In this document: positions 18,459 through 27,184 of the stretch, in pieces
Layout of the letters: every line of letters starts with the position of its first letter
Numbering within the stretch: the first letter of the stretch is position 1
Assembly: GCA_937975135.1 (NCBI GenBank)
Contig: CALJVA010000048.1
Coordinates: 12,208-76,207, forward strand
DNA: 64,000 nucleotides
Direction: 5' to 3'
From: an uncultured Thermoactinomycetaceae bacterium
GTDB lineage: Bacteria > Bacillota > Bacilli > Thermoactinomycetales > CALJVA01
The notes under the pieces: model-generated
What the model was told of the DNA's origin: nothing
Databases searched by the model: none
What the model saw: only the letters and a program-made list of their open reading frames with translations
Program-made: the position numbers and the translations under genes

Positions 18459-19499
18459 GTGAGTGGAACAATGCGCGCACTCGTCAAACATCATGCTGAT
18501 TTTGGTGCCCGTCTAGAGGAGGTTCCCATTCCAGAAATTGGTCCGGAAGAGGTATTAATCCGTGTACGGGCAGCCAGTTTATGTGGGACAGATGTTCATA
18601 TTTATCAGTGGGATGACTGGGCCAAGGGACGGGTGAAGCCACCTTATGTTTTTGGGCATGAATTTTCAGGAGAAATTGTTGCCGTAGGTGAGAAAGTAAC
18701 CCGTTTCCAGATCGGAGATCATGTCTCTGCTGAATCCCATATTGTGTGCGGAATTTGTCCCCAGTGTCGCCGGGGCGAAGGGCATGTATGCCAAAATACC
18801 TCAATTATTGGTGTAGACCGGGCAGGTTGTTTTGCTGAGTATATTGCGATGCCAGCTGAAAATTTATGGAAAAATGATCCTTCGCTTCCCTTTGAAACCG
18901 CTTCAATTATGGAGCCTATGGGAAATGCAGTTCATACAACTCTGGCTGGGCCCATCGCTGGAAAGCAAGTTGCCGTAATCGGCTGTGGCCCAATTGGTTT
19001 AATGGCTATTTCCGTTGCCCAGGCGGCAGGTGCAGCTCGTGTTTATGCTTTTGATATAAACCCCTATCGACTGCAGTTGGCGAAGCAGATGGGGGCATCA
19101 GCAGTGATCAACTCTGCAGAGGAAGACCCAGTGGAGAAAATCGCTTCACTTACAGATGATTCGGGTGTAGATGTAGTTTTGGAGATGTCGGGTCATCCTG
19201 AAGCGATTCGCCAGGGGTTACGTATGGTAACTTTAGGTGGACGTGTTTCTTTGCTTGGCTTGCCGACAGAGAAGGTGAGCTTGGATATTGCCAACGATCT
19301 GGTTTTCAAGGGACTTACTGTACAGGGGATTGTTGGCCGCCGTATGTATGAGACATGGGAGCAGACAGCCGGTTTCCTTCATTCTGGGAAGGTGAATTTG
19401 GAGCCGATCATTACCCATCGGTTGCCCTTGGAGCAATTTGAGGAAGCATTTCAACTGATGATAAGTGGGAAGTCAGGAAAAGTGGTATTATATCCCTGA
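18459..19499 (+). CDS. tdh: L-threonine 3-dehydrogenase
   Basis: Zn-ADH motifs (CGTDVHIY, GHEFSGE, CGICPQCRRG) and synteny with kbl. GTG at 18459 is preferred (RBS GAAGGAAG 8 nt upstream); the track ORF begins at 18450. Confidence 0.93.
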   Translation: MSGTMRALVKHHADFGARLEEVPIPEIGPEEVLIRVRAASLCGTDVHIYQWDDWAKGRVKPPYVFGHEFSGEIVAVGEKVTRFQIGDHVSAESHIVCGICPQCRRGEGHVCQNTSIIGVDRAGCFAEYIAMPAENLWKNDPSLPFETASIMEPMGNAVHTTLAGPIAGKQVAVIGCGPIGLMAISVAQAAGAARVYAFDINPYRLQLAKQMGASAVINSAEEDPVEKIASLTDDSGVDVVLEMSGHPEAIRQGLRMVTLGGRVSLLGLPTEKVSLDIANDLVFKGLTVQGIVGRRMYETWEQTAGFLHSGKVNLEPIITHRLPLEQFEEAFQLMISGKSGKVVLYP

Positions 19500-19534
19500 T
19501 AGTTTACTAACAATCATGAAGGAGGCGGTTTTAT

Positions 19535-20710
19535 ATGCGGGGATTTGAGCATCTGCAGCAGGAGATTGAAAAGTGGAGAGAGGAAGGGGTTTTTCGACCG
19601 TTAACCGAAATTGCTTCGGAACAGGGAAGTAAGGTGGTTATCCGTGGTAAAGAGGTGATCCAGCTTTCCTCTAATAACTATCTCGGATTGACTACCCATC
19701 CGCGCTTGCGGAAAGCGGCGATTGAGGCAGTGGAGAAGTATGGTGCTGGTACAGGCTCGGTTCGGACGATTGCTGGTACTTTTTCGATGCATGAACAGTT
19801 CGAGGAAAAGTTAGCCCAATTTAAGAATACGGAAGCCACTTTGGTGTTTCAGTCCGGTTTTACTACCAATGCTGGGGTGATCGCTTCAATTTTAAGTGAG
19901 GAAGATGTTGTAATCAGTGATGCTTTAAATCACGCCAGTATTATTGATGGGATTCGGCTGACAAAGGCAAAGCGTAGAATTTATCAGCATAATGATATGG
20001 ACGATTTGGAAAAGGCTTTAAAGGAATCTCAAGATGCCCGAACACGTTTGGTAGTAACTGATGGCGTCTTTAGTATGGATGGGGATATTGCTCCCTTGCC
20101 GGATATTGTCGCCTTGTGTGAAAAGTACGATGCTCTGGTAATGGTAGATGATGCCCATTCCAGTGGGGTACTAGGGAAAAATGGTCGAGGTACAATTGAC
20201 CATTTCGGTTTACACGGCCGAGTTCATATTCAAGTGGGAACATTGTCCAAGGCGATTGGTGTATTGGGAGGGTATGTGGCAGGACCCAAGGTGCTGCGTG
20301 ATTATTTGATTCATCGGGCTCGCCCCTTCTTGTTTAGTACTTCTCATCCCCCAGCAGTAACTGCAGCATGCAGTGCGGCAATCGATGTGCTCCAGGAAGA
20401 GCCTGAGCTAATCGAGCGGTTGTGGGATAACACTCGTTTCTTTAAAGAGGGCCTAAAACGTTTAGGCTTTGATACGGGAGAAAGTGAAACACCCATTACT
20501 CCTGTAATTGTAGGAGAAGGAGCTAAGGCAATGGCCTTATCGGATGCCTTGTTTGAAGAAGGGGTATATGCACAGGGAATTGCCTATCCAACCGTCCCCA
20601 AGGATAAGGCCCGTGTCCGGACGATTGTCACAGCAGTACATACACGGGAAGAGCTCAGCTTTGCTCTGGATGCCTTTGAGCGAGCTGGGAAGAGGTTGGG
20701 AATCATTTAA
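19535..20710 (+). CDS. kbl: Glycine C-acetyltransferase (2-amino-3-ketobutyrate CoA ligase)
   Basis: Alpha-oxoamine synthase family ([23 protein letters not shown]-lysine). Immediately follows tdh. Confidence 0.95.
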   Translation: MRGFEHLQQEIEKWREEGVFRPLTEIASEQGSKVVIRGKEVIQLSSNNYLGLTTHPRLRKAAIEAVEKYGAGTGSVRTIAGTFSMHEQFEEKLAQFKNTEATLVFQSGFTTNAGVIASILSEEDVVISDALNHASIIDGIRLTKAKRRIYQHNDMDDLEKALKESQDARTRLVVTDGVFSMDGDIAPLPDIVALCEKYDALVMVDDAHSSGVLGKNGRGTIDHFGLHGRVHIQVGTLSKAIGVLGGYVAGPKVLRDYLIHRARPFLFSTSHPPAVTAACSAAIDVLQEEPELIERLWDNTRFFKEGLKRLGFDTGESETPITPVIVGEGAKAMALSDALFEEGVYAQGIAYPTVPKDKARVRTIVTAVHTREELSFALDAFERAGKRLGII

Positions 20711-20734
20711 AGCAATTACAATTCGTAATAAAGG

Positions 20735-20770
20735 ACCCGACGTTGTAATACGTCGGGTTGTTTTTATTTT
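20735..20770. terminator. Bidirectional terminator between kbl and the convergent MFS gene
   Basis: ACCCGACGT-tgtaat-ACGTCGGGT followed by TGTTTTTATTTTT. Confidence 0.85.
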
Positions 20771-21960
20771 TGCCATGAACGGACGAATTGGCGAGTCCCT
20801 TGAGCAGAGATGGCTAATATGACACTTGATGCGATAAAGATCCATTGAATCGGAATTACTTCCGCCAACATACTGATAAATAAAATAGACACCCCAAAAA
20901 CAAGGGAGATAAGCGCACTTTGCGCGCTGGTTACTTTGGGTAAATCCTTTGTCGTCGTTTCTTTTTGTATAAACACCTGAAGAATGATCCCTTTCATTTG
21001 ATCAAAACATCCATTCATTGCAAGAAGAAATAAGGCAACAACAGGATACGGGTTTAGTGCAAACCAAAAAGTACTGATCGCCGTTGAAAAAGCGACTGTG
21101 ATGATAAATCTCCCTTGTTTTTTCTCTATCCATTTTCCACCTTTTAGAATTAGCCCGCCTCCTATGATGAGACCAAAAAAATAACTTGAGTTCAAATAGC
21201 CCCACCATGCTTCAGAGACATGGAGAACATCTTGTACAAAAATGTACAATAATGCCGCCACCCAAACGACATTTGCAATTGTATCAAGGGTAAAAATGTA
21301 ATGAATCGTTTTTAAGTGAGGATGATGCCAAATAAGTTGCCAGCCTTCTTTTATTTCTTGAAACCACTCAATCCGCCCTTCTTTTTTCTCAAAGGGGTGG
21401 GGATCAAAAATTTTCCACATTAAGAAGCTTGCCATCATGTATAAAATGACGACGATCCAAAGGATAGAGGAATGTTTCAAATAAGCAACTGCTACTCCAC
21501 CAAGAGTCCATCCTCCAAATTGAACCATCTCAGAGATTGTCGCCATAAAGCTATTCGCTTTTCTTAATTGATGTGTTTCTACCAGTCGCGGTAAAAGGGC
21601 ATACGTTGCAGGAGCTGCCCAACCGTCTAAAAAGGCTATGATACTGATGACGAAAAAAGTAAGGATCAGTGGAACCGAGGAATTAAAGTAAATCTGGAGG
21701 ACGAAGAGAAATAGCCCGCTTGTTTTCCAGAGTTGGGAGTAGAACAAAATCGATCGCAGTGGGTAACGATTGATAAGAGGTGGTGCAAAAAAACCACTTA
21801 AAAATCGTCCCATTGTATTTAAAAACGGCAATAGTCCGACGATAAAGGTTGATTCTGTCGCTGTATATAAAATGGCGACGAGTCCGACAATATAAAGAAC
21901 ATCCCCGAGGTCTGCCAATGCTTGACCATACCATAAATAACGAAATGATTGATTTTGCAT
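20764..21960 (-). CDS. MFS transporter (12-TM, enterobactin-exporter-like subfamily)
   Basis: Hydrophobic 398-aa protein with N-terminus FRYLWYGQALADLGD, typical of MFS_3-type transporters. Confidence 0.8.
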   Translation of the reverse strand: MQNQSFRYLWYGQALADLGDVLYIVGLVAILYTATESTFIVGLLPFLNTMGRFLSGFFAPPLINRYPLRSILFYSQLWKTSGLFLFVLQIYFNSSVPLILTFFVISIIAFLDGWAAPATYALLPRLVETHQLRKANSFMATISEMVQFGGWTLGGVAVAYLKHSSILWIVVILYMMASFLMWKIFDPHPFEKKEGRIEWFQEIKEGWQLIWHHPHLKTIHYIFTLDTIANVVWVAALLYIFVQDVLHVSEAWWGYLNSSYFFGLIIGGGLILKGGKWIEKKQGRFIITVAFSTAISTFWFALNPYPVVALFLLAMNGCFDQMKGIILQVFIQKETTTKDLPKVTSAQSALISLVFGVSILFISMLAEVIPIQWIFIASSVILAISAQGTRQFVRSWQK

Positions 21961-22259
21961 ATAAACTACCTCTTATAATAATTTTTTAATTTGCGAGTAG
22001 AGGTAGTTTAATCACATTGGAAAATACTCCTATTCCTAATAAAAAATGAGAAGTAACTAGCTGTAAACAGATTTATAAGAGGTCGTATCTGCAAAATCAT
22101 TTTTTATATTATATCGTGATTATGCTGTATTGTCTTCCTAATTTAATATAACTACATAACAAGAGTTTCAGTATGCTTGTGGTTTTATGCTTGTTCAATT
22201 ATGGTCCTTTGATACTATTGATATCAATCTATTTTTCATTCTCTCAACGATAACCACAA

Positions 22260-22287
22260 ACACTTATAGAAACAAATTCATAATGTA
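22260..22287 (+). promoter_or_regulatory. Possible sigma-K-type promoter of the poly-Ala gene
   Basis: AC, 17 nt, CATAATGTA fits AC-N16/17-CATANNNTA. Lies 30 nt upstream of the ATG. Short motif, so weak evidence. Confidence 0.3.
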
Positions 22288-22316
22288 ATAGTGATCAAGG
22301 GAAAGGAGGAGAAGAA

Positions 22317-22787
22317 ATGGGTAAAGTTCATTGCAAAAAACGACGACATTGGTGGATGAGAGGAAACAACTCAGGCAGTAGAAATGGAATTGCTACCGCT
22401 GCTGCTGCTGCTGCTGCCGCTGCGGGGCATGCCGCTGCCGCCGCTGCCGCTGCTGCCGCGGGTCGCAATAGTTCCGCTGCCGCTGCTGCTGCTGCTGCGG
22501 GTCGCTCTGCTGCTGCTGCTGCCGCTGCTGCTGCTGGTCCTCATGCCGCTGCCGCCGCCGCCGCTGCCGCCGCTGCTGCTGGCCGTAATGGTGCCGCCGC
22601 TGCTGCTGCTGCCGCTGCTGGTCGTCATGCCGCTGCTGCTGCCGCTGCCGCCGCTGCTTCTGGCAATGGGTCTTCCTCTGCCGCTGCTGCCGCCGCTGCG
22701 GGGCATGCCGCTGCCGCTGCTGCCGCTGCTGCCGCTGCCGGAAGTGCCGCTGCCGCTGCTGCTGCTGCCGCCTCTGCTCGTCGTTAA
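22317..22787 (+). CDS. Poly-alanine block protein (156 aa; basic N-terminus + ten Ala7-12 blocks)
   Basis: RBS AAGGAGG 7 nt upstream of the ATG, hairpin terminator downstream. Ala blocks are separated by GH/GRNSS/GRS/GPH/GRNG/GRH/SGNGSSS/GS linkers. Confidence 0.6.
   Translation: MGKVHCKKRRHWWMRGNNSGSRNGIATAAAAAAAAAGHAAAAAAAAAAGRNSSAAAAAAAAGRSAAAAAAAAAGPHAAAAAAAAAAAAGRNGAAAAAAAAAGRHAAAAAAAAAASGNGSSSAAAAAAAGHAAAAAAAAAAAGSAAAAAAAAASARR
22392..22778 (+). repeat. (GCY)n trinucleotide low-complexity tract
   Basis: About 390 nt composed almost entirely of GCT/GCC (a few GCG) codons. All three + frames and one minus frame stay open over much of the tract. Confidence 0.95.
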
Positions 22788-22802
22788 CGTAAGTGATTTG
22801 GT

Positions 22803-22840
22803 AGATCCTGCTCTTTCTAAGGGCAGGATCTATATAGTTT
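22803..22840 (+). terminator. Hairpin after the poly-Ala gene
   Basis: AGATCCTGC-11 nt-GCAGGATCT followed by ATATAGTTT (weak T-tract). Confidence 0.6.
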
Positions 22841-22989
22841 AAACCAGTTTGTAATGCAAACCTAATACATACATCGACACGCCACTACACTTGCCAGTGA
22901 TGGCCATTGATGGGAGGGTCCATTTACGTTATAATTTTTCTAGATGATGGGGTAATGTGCACGTTTCGATAGAAAGGTGTTGAATATAG

Positions 22990-24465
22990 ATGGACGGCAA
23001 ACAAAATTACAAAGCTCCTTTTGTGCCTCCCAATCTGTTTGAGGCAAAAAGAAGGGGCCGATCAGAGGTTAAGGTACTGCAATTTGAAGATATTCCAGAA
23101 GAAATGAAAAAAATCGGGTACGGCAAACGGTATTTGATTCGCACCTACGGTTGCCAAATGAACGTTCATGATAGTGAGACCATTGCCGGTTTATTAGAAA
23201 CGATGGGCTATAAGCCGACCGAAGAGGAAGAGGAGGCTGATCTGATTCTTCTCAACACCTGTGCGATCCGTGAAAATGCGGAGGATAAGGTGTTTGGAGA
23301 AATTGGCCGATTAAAAACCCTCAAGCTGGAAAATCCAGAGCTAGTATTGGGTGTCTGTGGCTGTATGTCACAAGAAGAGTCAGTGGTTAACCGTATTTTG
23401 CAGCAGCATCAATATGTGGATTTGATTTTTGGTACCCACAACATTCACCGCCTTCCTTACTTGCTACGAGATGCATTGATGAGCAAGGAGATGGTCGTGG
23501 AAGTATGGTCCAAGGAAGGGGATATAGTAGAAAACTTACCCAAGGTACGGCAAGATGGTCTCAAGGCATGGGTCAACATTATGTACGGATGCGATAAATT
23601 CTGCACTTACTGTATTGTGCCCTATACCCGAGGAAAAGAGCGAAGTCGTCGGCCAGAAGAAGTATTGGCTGAAATTCGTGACTTGGCCCGTCGTGGGTAT
23701 CAAGAGGTAACACTACTTGGGCAAAATGTGAATGCCTATGGAAAAGATTTTGTGGACCGAAATTATCGCTTTGCCGATTTGATGGATGATGTACGCAAAA
23801 TCGGGATTCCTCGTGTTCGTTTTACGACCAGTCACCCTCGGGACTTTGACGATCGTCTGATTGAAGTATTAGCTAAGAGGGGCAACTTGGTAGAGCATAT
23901 TCATCTTCCCGTTCAATCGGGTAGCAATCAAATTTTAAAGCGGATGGCTCGCAAATATACTCGGGAAAGTTATCTAGAGTTGGTCCGGAAAATTCGAGAA
24001 GCAATTCCAGATGTAGTATTGACAACAGATATTATTGTGGGCTTTCCCGGGGAAACTGAAGAGCAATTTGAGGAAACGTTGTCCTTAGTGCGAGAAGTAG
24101 AGTATGATTCGGCGTTTACCTTCATTTATTCACCCCGTGAAGGAACACCAGGGGCAAAAATGGAAGATAATGTGTCTGAAGAAGAAAAAAAGGAGCGACT
24201 TCATCGCTTGAACCGCCTGCAGGATGAAATTAGTCTCCGAAAAAATGAAGCCCTGCGGGGAACCGAGGTCGAAGTGTTGGTTGAAGGGGCTAGCAAAAAG
24301 AATCCAGAGGTGCTATCCGGCCGAACACGTACCAATAAGTTGGTTAATTTCCGAGGTCCACAGCATTTGATTGGAAAGTTTGTAAAGGTGCGGATCGATC
24401 AACCCCAAACTTGGACCCTAAACGGTGTCTGGGTAGAGGAACCAAGAGCTGAAGTGGGGAGCTAA
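22990..24465 (+). CDS. miaB: tRNA-2-methylthio-N6-dimethylallyladenosine synthase
   Basis: UPF0004 domain, radical-SAM [11 protein letters not shown] and a TRAM domain. Syntenic with B. subtilis ymcB. Confidence 0.97.
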   Translation: MDGKQNYKAPFVPPNLFEAKRRGRSEVKVLQFEDIPEEMKKIGYGKRYLIRTYGCQMNVHDSETIAGLLETMGYKPTEEEEEADLILLNTCAIRENAEDKVFGEIGRLKTLKLENPELVLGVCGCMSQEESVVNRILQQHQYVDLIFGTHNIHRLPYLLRDALMSKEMVVEVWSKEGDIVENLPKVRQDGLKAWVNIMYGCDKFCTYCIVPYTRGKERSRRPEEVLAEIRDLARRGYQEVTLLGQNVNAYGKDFVDRNYRFADLMDDVRKIGIPRVRFTTSHPRDFDDRLIEVLAKRGNLVEHIHLPVQSGSNQILKRMARKYTRESYLELVRKIREAIPDVVLTTDIIVGFPGETEEQFEETLSLVREVEYDSAFTFIYSPREGTPGAKMEDNVSEEEKKERLHRLNRLQDEISLRKNEALRGTEVEVLVEGASKKNPEVLSGRTRTNKLVNFRGPQHLIGKFVKVRIDQPQTWTLNGVWVEEPRAEVGS

Positions 24466-24467
24466 GG

Positions 24468-24884
24468 ATGAAAGTAAAGGAAGACCACCCGGTGATTCAG
24501 ATGGCCCAACGCCTCGGTAGACGTTTGGCGGAAACGGAAGAGATTATTCGGTTTCGACAGGCCGAAGAACAGATCGCCAATTCCCAACGTGTACAGGGGT
24601 TGATTGAGGCGATCAAGAAAAAGCAAAAAGAATTGGTTCATGCCCGGCACTATAAAAAACGGCACTATATGGAGCAGTTAAAGCAAGAGCTAGATTTGCT
24701 TCAGCGCGATTTTGATCAATTACCGATTGTACGGGAATACCAGCAATCACAAGTAGAAATTAATCAGCTCTTGCAGATGATTCAGCAGATAGTGGCTGAC
24801 TCACTGTCCCAAAAAATTGAGGTGGAGACAGGGGGAAGTGTTTCTCAAGGGTGTGCCGGTGGCGGTCCTTGCGGGTGTAAATAA
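24468..24884 (+). CDS. ricA: YmcA/RicA family regulatory Fe-S protein
   Basis: YlbF/YmcA-type helical protein with a Cys-rich C-terminus (GCAGGGPCGCK). Conserved position between miaB and cotE. Confidence 0.85.
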   Translation: MKVKEDHPVIQMAQRLGRRLAETEEIIRFRQAEEQIANSQRVQGLIEAIKKKQKELVHARHYKKRHYMEQLKQELDLLQRDFDQLPIVREYQQSQVEINQLLQMIQQIVADSLSQKIEVETGGSVSQGCAGGGPCGCK

Positions 24885-24910
24885 CAAATAAAGAAGTAGA
24901 GGAAATAGGC

Positions 24911-24935
24911 CCACGATGATTCGTGGTTTTTTTTT
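24911..24935 (+). terminator. Terminator after ricA
   Basis: CCACGA-tgat-TCGTGG followed by T9. Confidence 0.75.
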
Positions 24936-25002
24936 GTGCACCCTAGACTCCTGCCCTGCATAAATATGTAACTGAATGACTGTTTGGAGGAGGGAACGAC
25001 GA

Positions 25003-25575
25003 ATGGCGAATATAGATAGAGAAGTGCAATACCGCCATATTATTACTAAAGCGGTGTGTGGTAGGGGGCAAAAGTTTTCTCAGGCAACACATACGATTGC
25101 TTCACCTGATAATATTTCCAGTATTTTAGGGGCCTGGGTGATTAATCACAATTATAAAGCGGGTCGAGCGGGGGATCAGGTGGAGATTGTTGGTAGCTAC
25201 GATATTAATATTTGGTTTTCTTATAGTGGAAATACGAAGACGGATGTTGTCAAAGAGACGGTCCGTTATGTGGAGCCTGTTTCCCTCAGTTACCTAGACC
25301 GTAATCTACGAGAGGATACGATGGAAGTAAGTGTATCCTGCACTCAATCTCCACATTGTGTTGAGGCAACCCTTTCAGGAGATGCCGTGTTGGTTCGCGT
25401 AGAGAAAGAGCATGCTGTGGAGATTACAGGAGAGACCAAGATTTGTGTCGCCGTTTATCCTGATTCATATGATGATATGGATGAGAAAGACTTTACAACC
25501 ATGAGCACTGAGGAGAACAGGGAAGATTTTGAGGATTTAGATCCTAATCTGGTGATTGATGATCTGGAAGGATAA
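25003..25575 (+). CDS. cotE: Outer spore coat morphogenetic protein CotE
   Basis: Colinear with B. subtilis CotE (IITKAV, SSILGxWxINH, YDINxWxSY, acidic C-terminus). RBS GGAGGAGGG 6 nt upstream of MANIDRE. Confidence 0.95.
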   Translation: MANIDREVQYRHIITKAVCGRGQKFSQATHTIASPDNISSILGAWVINHNYKAGRAGDQVEIVGSYDINIWFSYSGNTKTDVVKETVRYVEPVSLSYLDRNLREDTMEVSVSCTQSPHCVEATLSGDAVLVRVEKEHAVEITGETKICVAVYPDSYDDMDEKDFTTMSTEENREDFEDLDPNLVIDDLEG

Positions 25576-25600
25576 TGTTTTTCATATTGCTCCCTACTTG

Positions 25601-25623
25601 GAGGCAGAAGCCTCTTTTTTTTT
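25601..25623 (+). terminator. Terminator after cotE
   Basis: GAGGC-agaa-GCCTC followed by T9. Confidence 0.6.
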
Positions 25624-25687
25624 ACTAACGTTACCCGTTCATACCTCATAACATATGATCAGGAAGAGGAAAGGGGGAAGGCCACTT

Positions 25688-27052
25688 ATGGGTTCCCTCG
25701 TAATTGCCAGTGATCAATTGGATGCGTCCTCCCTTGATCATCTCTTGCTTTCTAAAGAGAACTTCCCTGCATCCTTAAAGCTTGACATACCTCATTTGGG
25801 TTATACCGAGTCATTATTTCTACTAAATGATGCGGATCTTGTAGAGCAATATCGCAGCAAAGAATCGCGAATGGATACCTTATCCTTGCACAATGTCCGT
25901 GTTTCATCTGCAACTTCTTCGATTGTCCGACAGTATGTGGTTGTGGTATTTCAAACAGAGGTACTCCTTACTTACCGGACGAAAAATCATGGGGTTGGCT
26001 TGGCAGGTCGCAAACAAGAGCGTTTTTATCGGGTTTCTCCTAAGGATCAAAGTAGGGAAGTCCGAAGGATTCATACATTGGCGATCCGTTCTCTTTATGC
26101 TTTGGGTTTGGATTATGGAGTCGTCAAAGCGGCGGTATTACAGGGAAATCGGACTGCGGTGTTGGACGTGATTCTTAGTCCGCGACTCAATATGGAAATC
26201 GGACGGCATCTCGCTGGGGCAGTGATTAAGTATGGTAAGTCATTGCCTCAGCTGGCTGTTTCTCTGAAAAAGGTAATGCTTGGGGCAGATCCGGAATTTA
26301 TTATGGAGTCGTTAAAGGGGGAGATTATACTTGCTTCCGAGTATTTTCCCCGGTTTGGATCTGTAGGATGTGACGCGATTTGGCAAGGGCGGAACCGTTC
26401 CCATAAACCGGTAGTTGAGATCCGGCCTAAGCCAACCAATCAGCCACGTGAGCTGGTGGTTCGTATGTATCAAGGGATGCAGAAGGCCAATCAGAAAGTA
26501 AAGCACCTTTCTTTACGTTGGTTGGCAGGTGGGCTTCCACATGCAGGCTTTCCATTGGGAGGACATATCCATTTTAGTGGGATCCATCTTAACTTTAAAC
26601 TGCTCCGTGCCTTAGATAACTATTTGGCATTGCCATTGGTATTGGCAGAGGATCCTCGTGGAAAAAAGCGGCGCCCGAAATACGGTTTTTTAGGTGATTT
26701 TCGCCGTCAGTTCCATGGTGGGTTTGAATATCGGACTCTTCCCAGTTGGTTGGTTTCACCAACTTTAACCAAGGGAGTTATCGCTGCCGCTCAGGTAATT
26801 GCAGCGCAATATCCGTACTTGCGTTACAATCCGCTAAAAGATTCTTCAATCCAGACAGCCTATTATCAAGGATCTAAAGAGAAGTTGAAAAAAATTGTTC
26901 CTATTTTGTGGAGGGACCTGACTCGCCTGTCCGAGTACAAGGAATACCAAACTTACCTAGATGGTTTTTTTTCTCTGCTTCTTTCAGGAACTACCTGGAA
27001 CGAACGGGTTGATTTTCGCAGGCGATGGAAACTGGCTCCATACAATCGGTGA
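25688..27052 (+). CDS. Putative amidoligase: ATP-grasp-like N-terminal region + phiEco32-like COOH-NH2 ligase-like domain
   Basis: C-terminal half has LGADPEF..., GGHIHFSG and FEYRTLPSW (amidoligase-like). N-terminal half resembles the C-terminal part of RimK-type ATP-grasp (ALGLDYGVV...VLDV). Start at MGSLVI after RBS AAGGGGGAAGG. Confidence 0.6.
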   Translation: MGSLVIASDQLDASSLDHLLLSKENFPASLKLDIPHLGYTESLFLLNDADLVEQYRSKESRMDTLSLHNVRVSSATSSIVRQYVVVVFQTEVLLTYRTKNHGVGLAGRKQERFYRVSPKDQSREVRRIHTLAIRSLYALGLDYGVVKAAVLQGNRTAVLDVILSPRLNMEIGRHLAGAVIKYGKSLPQLAVSLKKVMLGADPEFIMESLKGEIILASEYFPRFGSVGCDAIWQGRNRSHKPVVEIRPKPTNQPRELVVRMYQGMQKANQKVKHLSLRWLAGGLPHAGFPLGGHIHFSGIHLNFKLLRALDNYLALPLVLAEDPRGKKRRPKYGFLGDFRRQFHGGFEYRTLPSWLVSPTLTKGVIAAAQVIAAQYPYLRYNPLKDSSIQTAYYQGSKEKLKKIVPILWRDLTRLSEYKEYQTYLDGFFSLLLSGTTWNERVDFRRRWKLAPYNR

Positions 27053-27060
27053 ATTCAAAA

Positions 27061-27100
27061 AGGGACCGATCTTTAGCAACATGTGACGGGTCCCTTTTTT
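27061..27100 (+). terminator. Terminator after the amidoligase-like gene
   Basis: AGGGACC...GGTCCCT stem followed by TTTTTTATTT. Confidence 0.75.
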
Positions 27101-27184
27101 ATTTAAAAGGGGATCGCTTGTTCTACAGTTAAAACACATGATAAAATAAACGATACGACATTATTCGCCTCAGGAGGGTTTTAC

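Noticed and set aside
22371-22842. Long alternative ORFs over the GCY tract: a Leu/Pro-rich + frame (22384-22842) and a Ser/Gly-rich minus-strand frame (22371-22706).
   Set aside because: They are by-products of the trinucleotide repeat, which leaves all these frames free of stops. Only the Ala frame has a well-spaced AGGAGG RBS, an ATG and a downstream hairpin in the correct orientation. The alternatives cannot be excluded without expression data.
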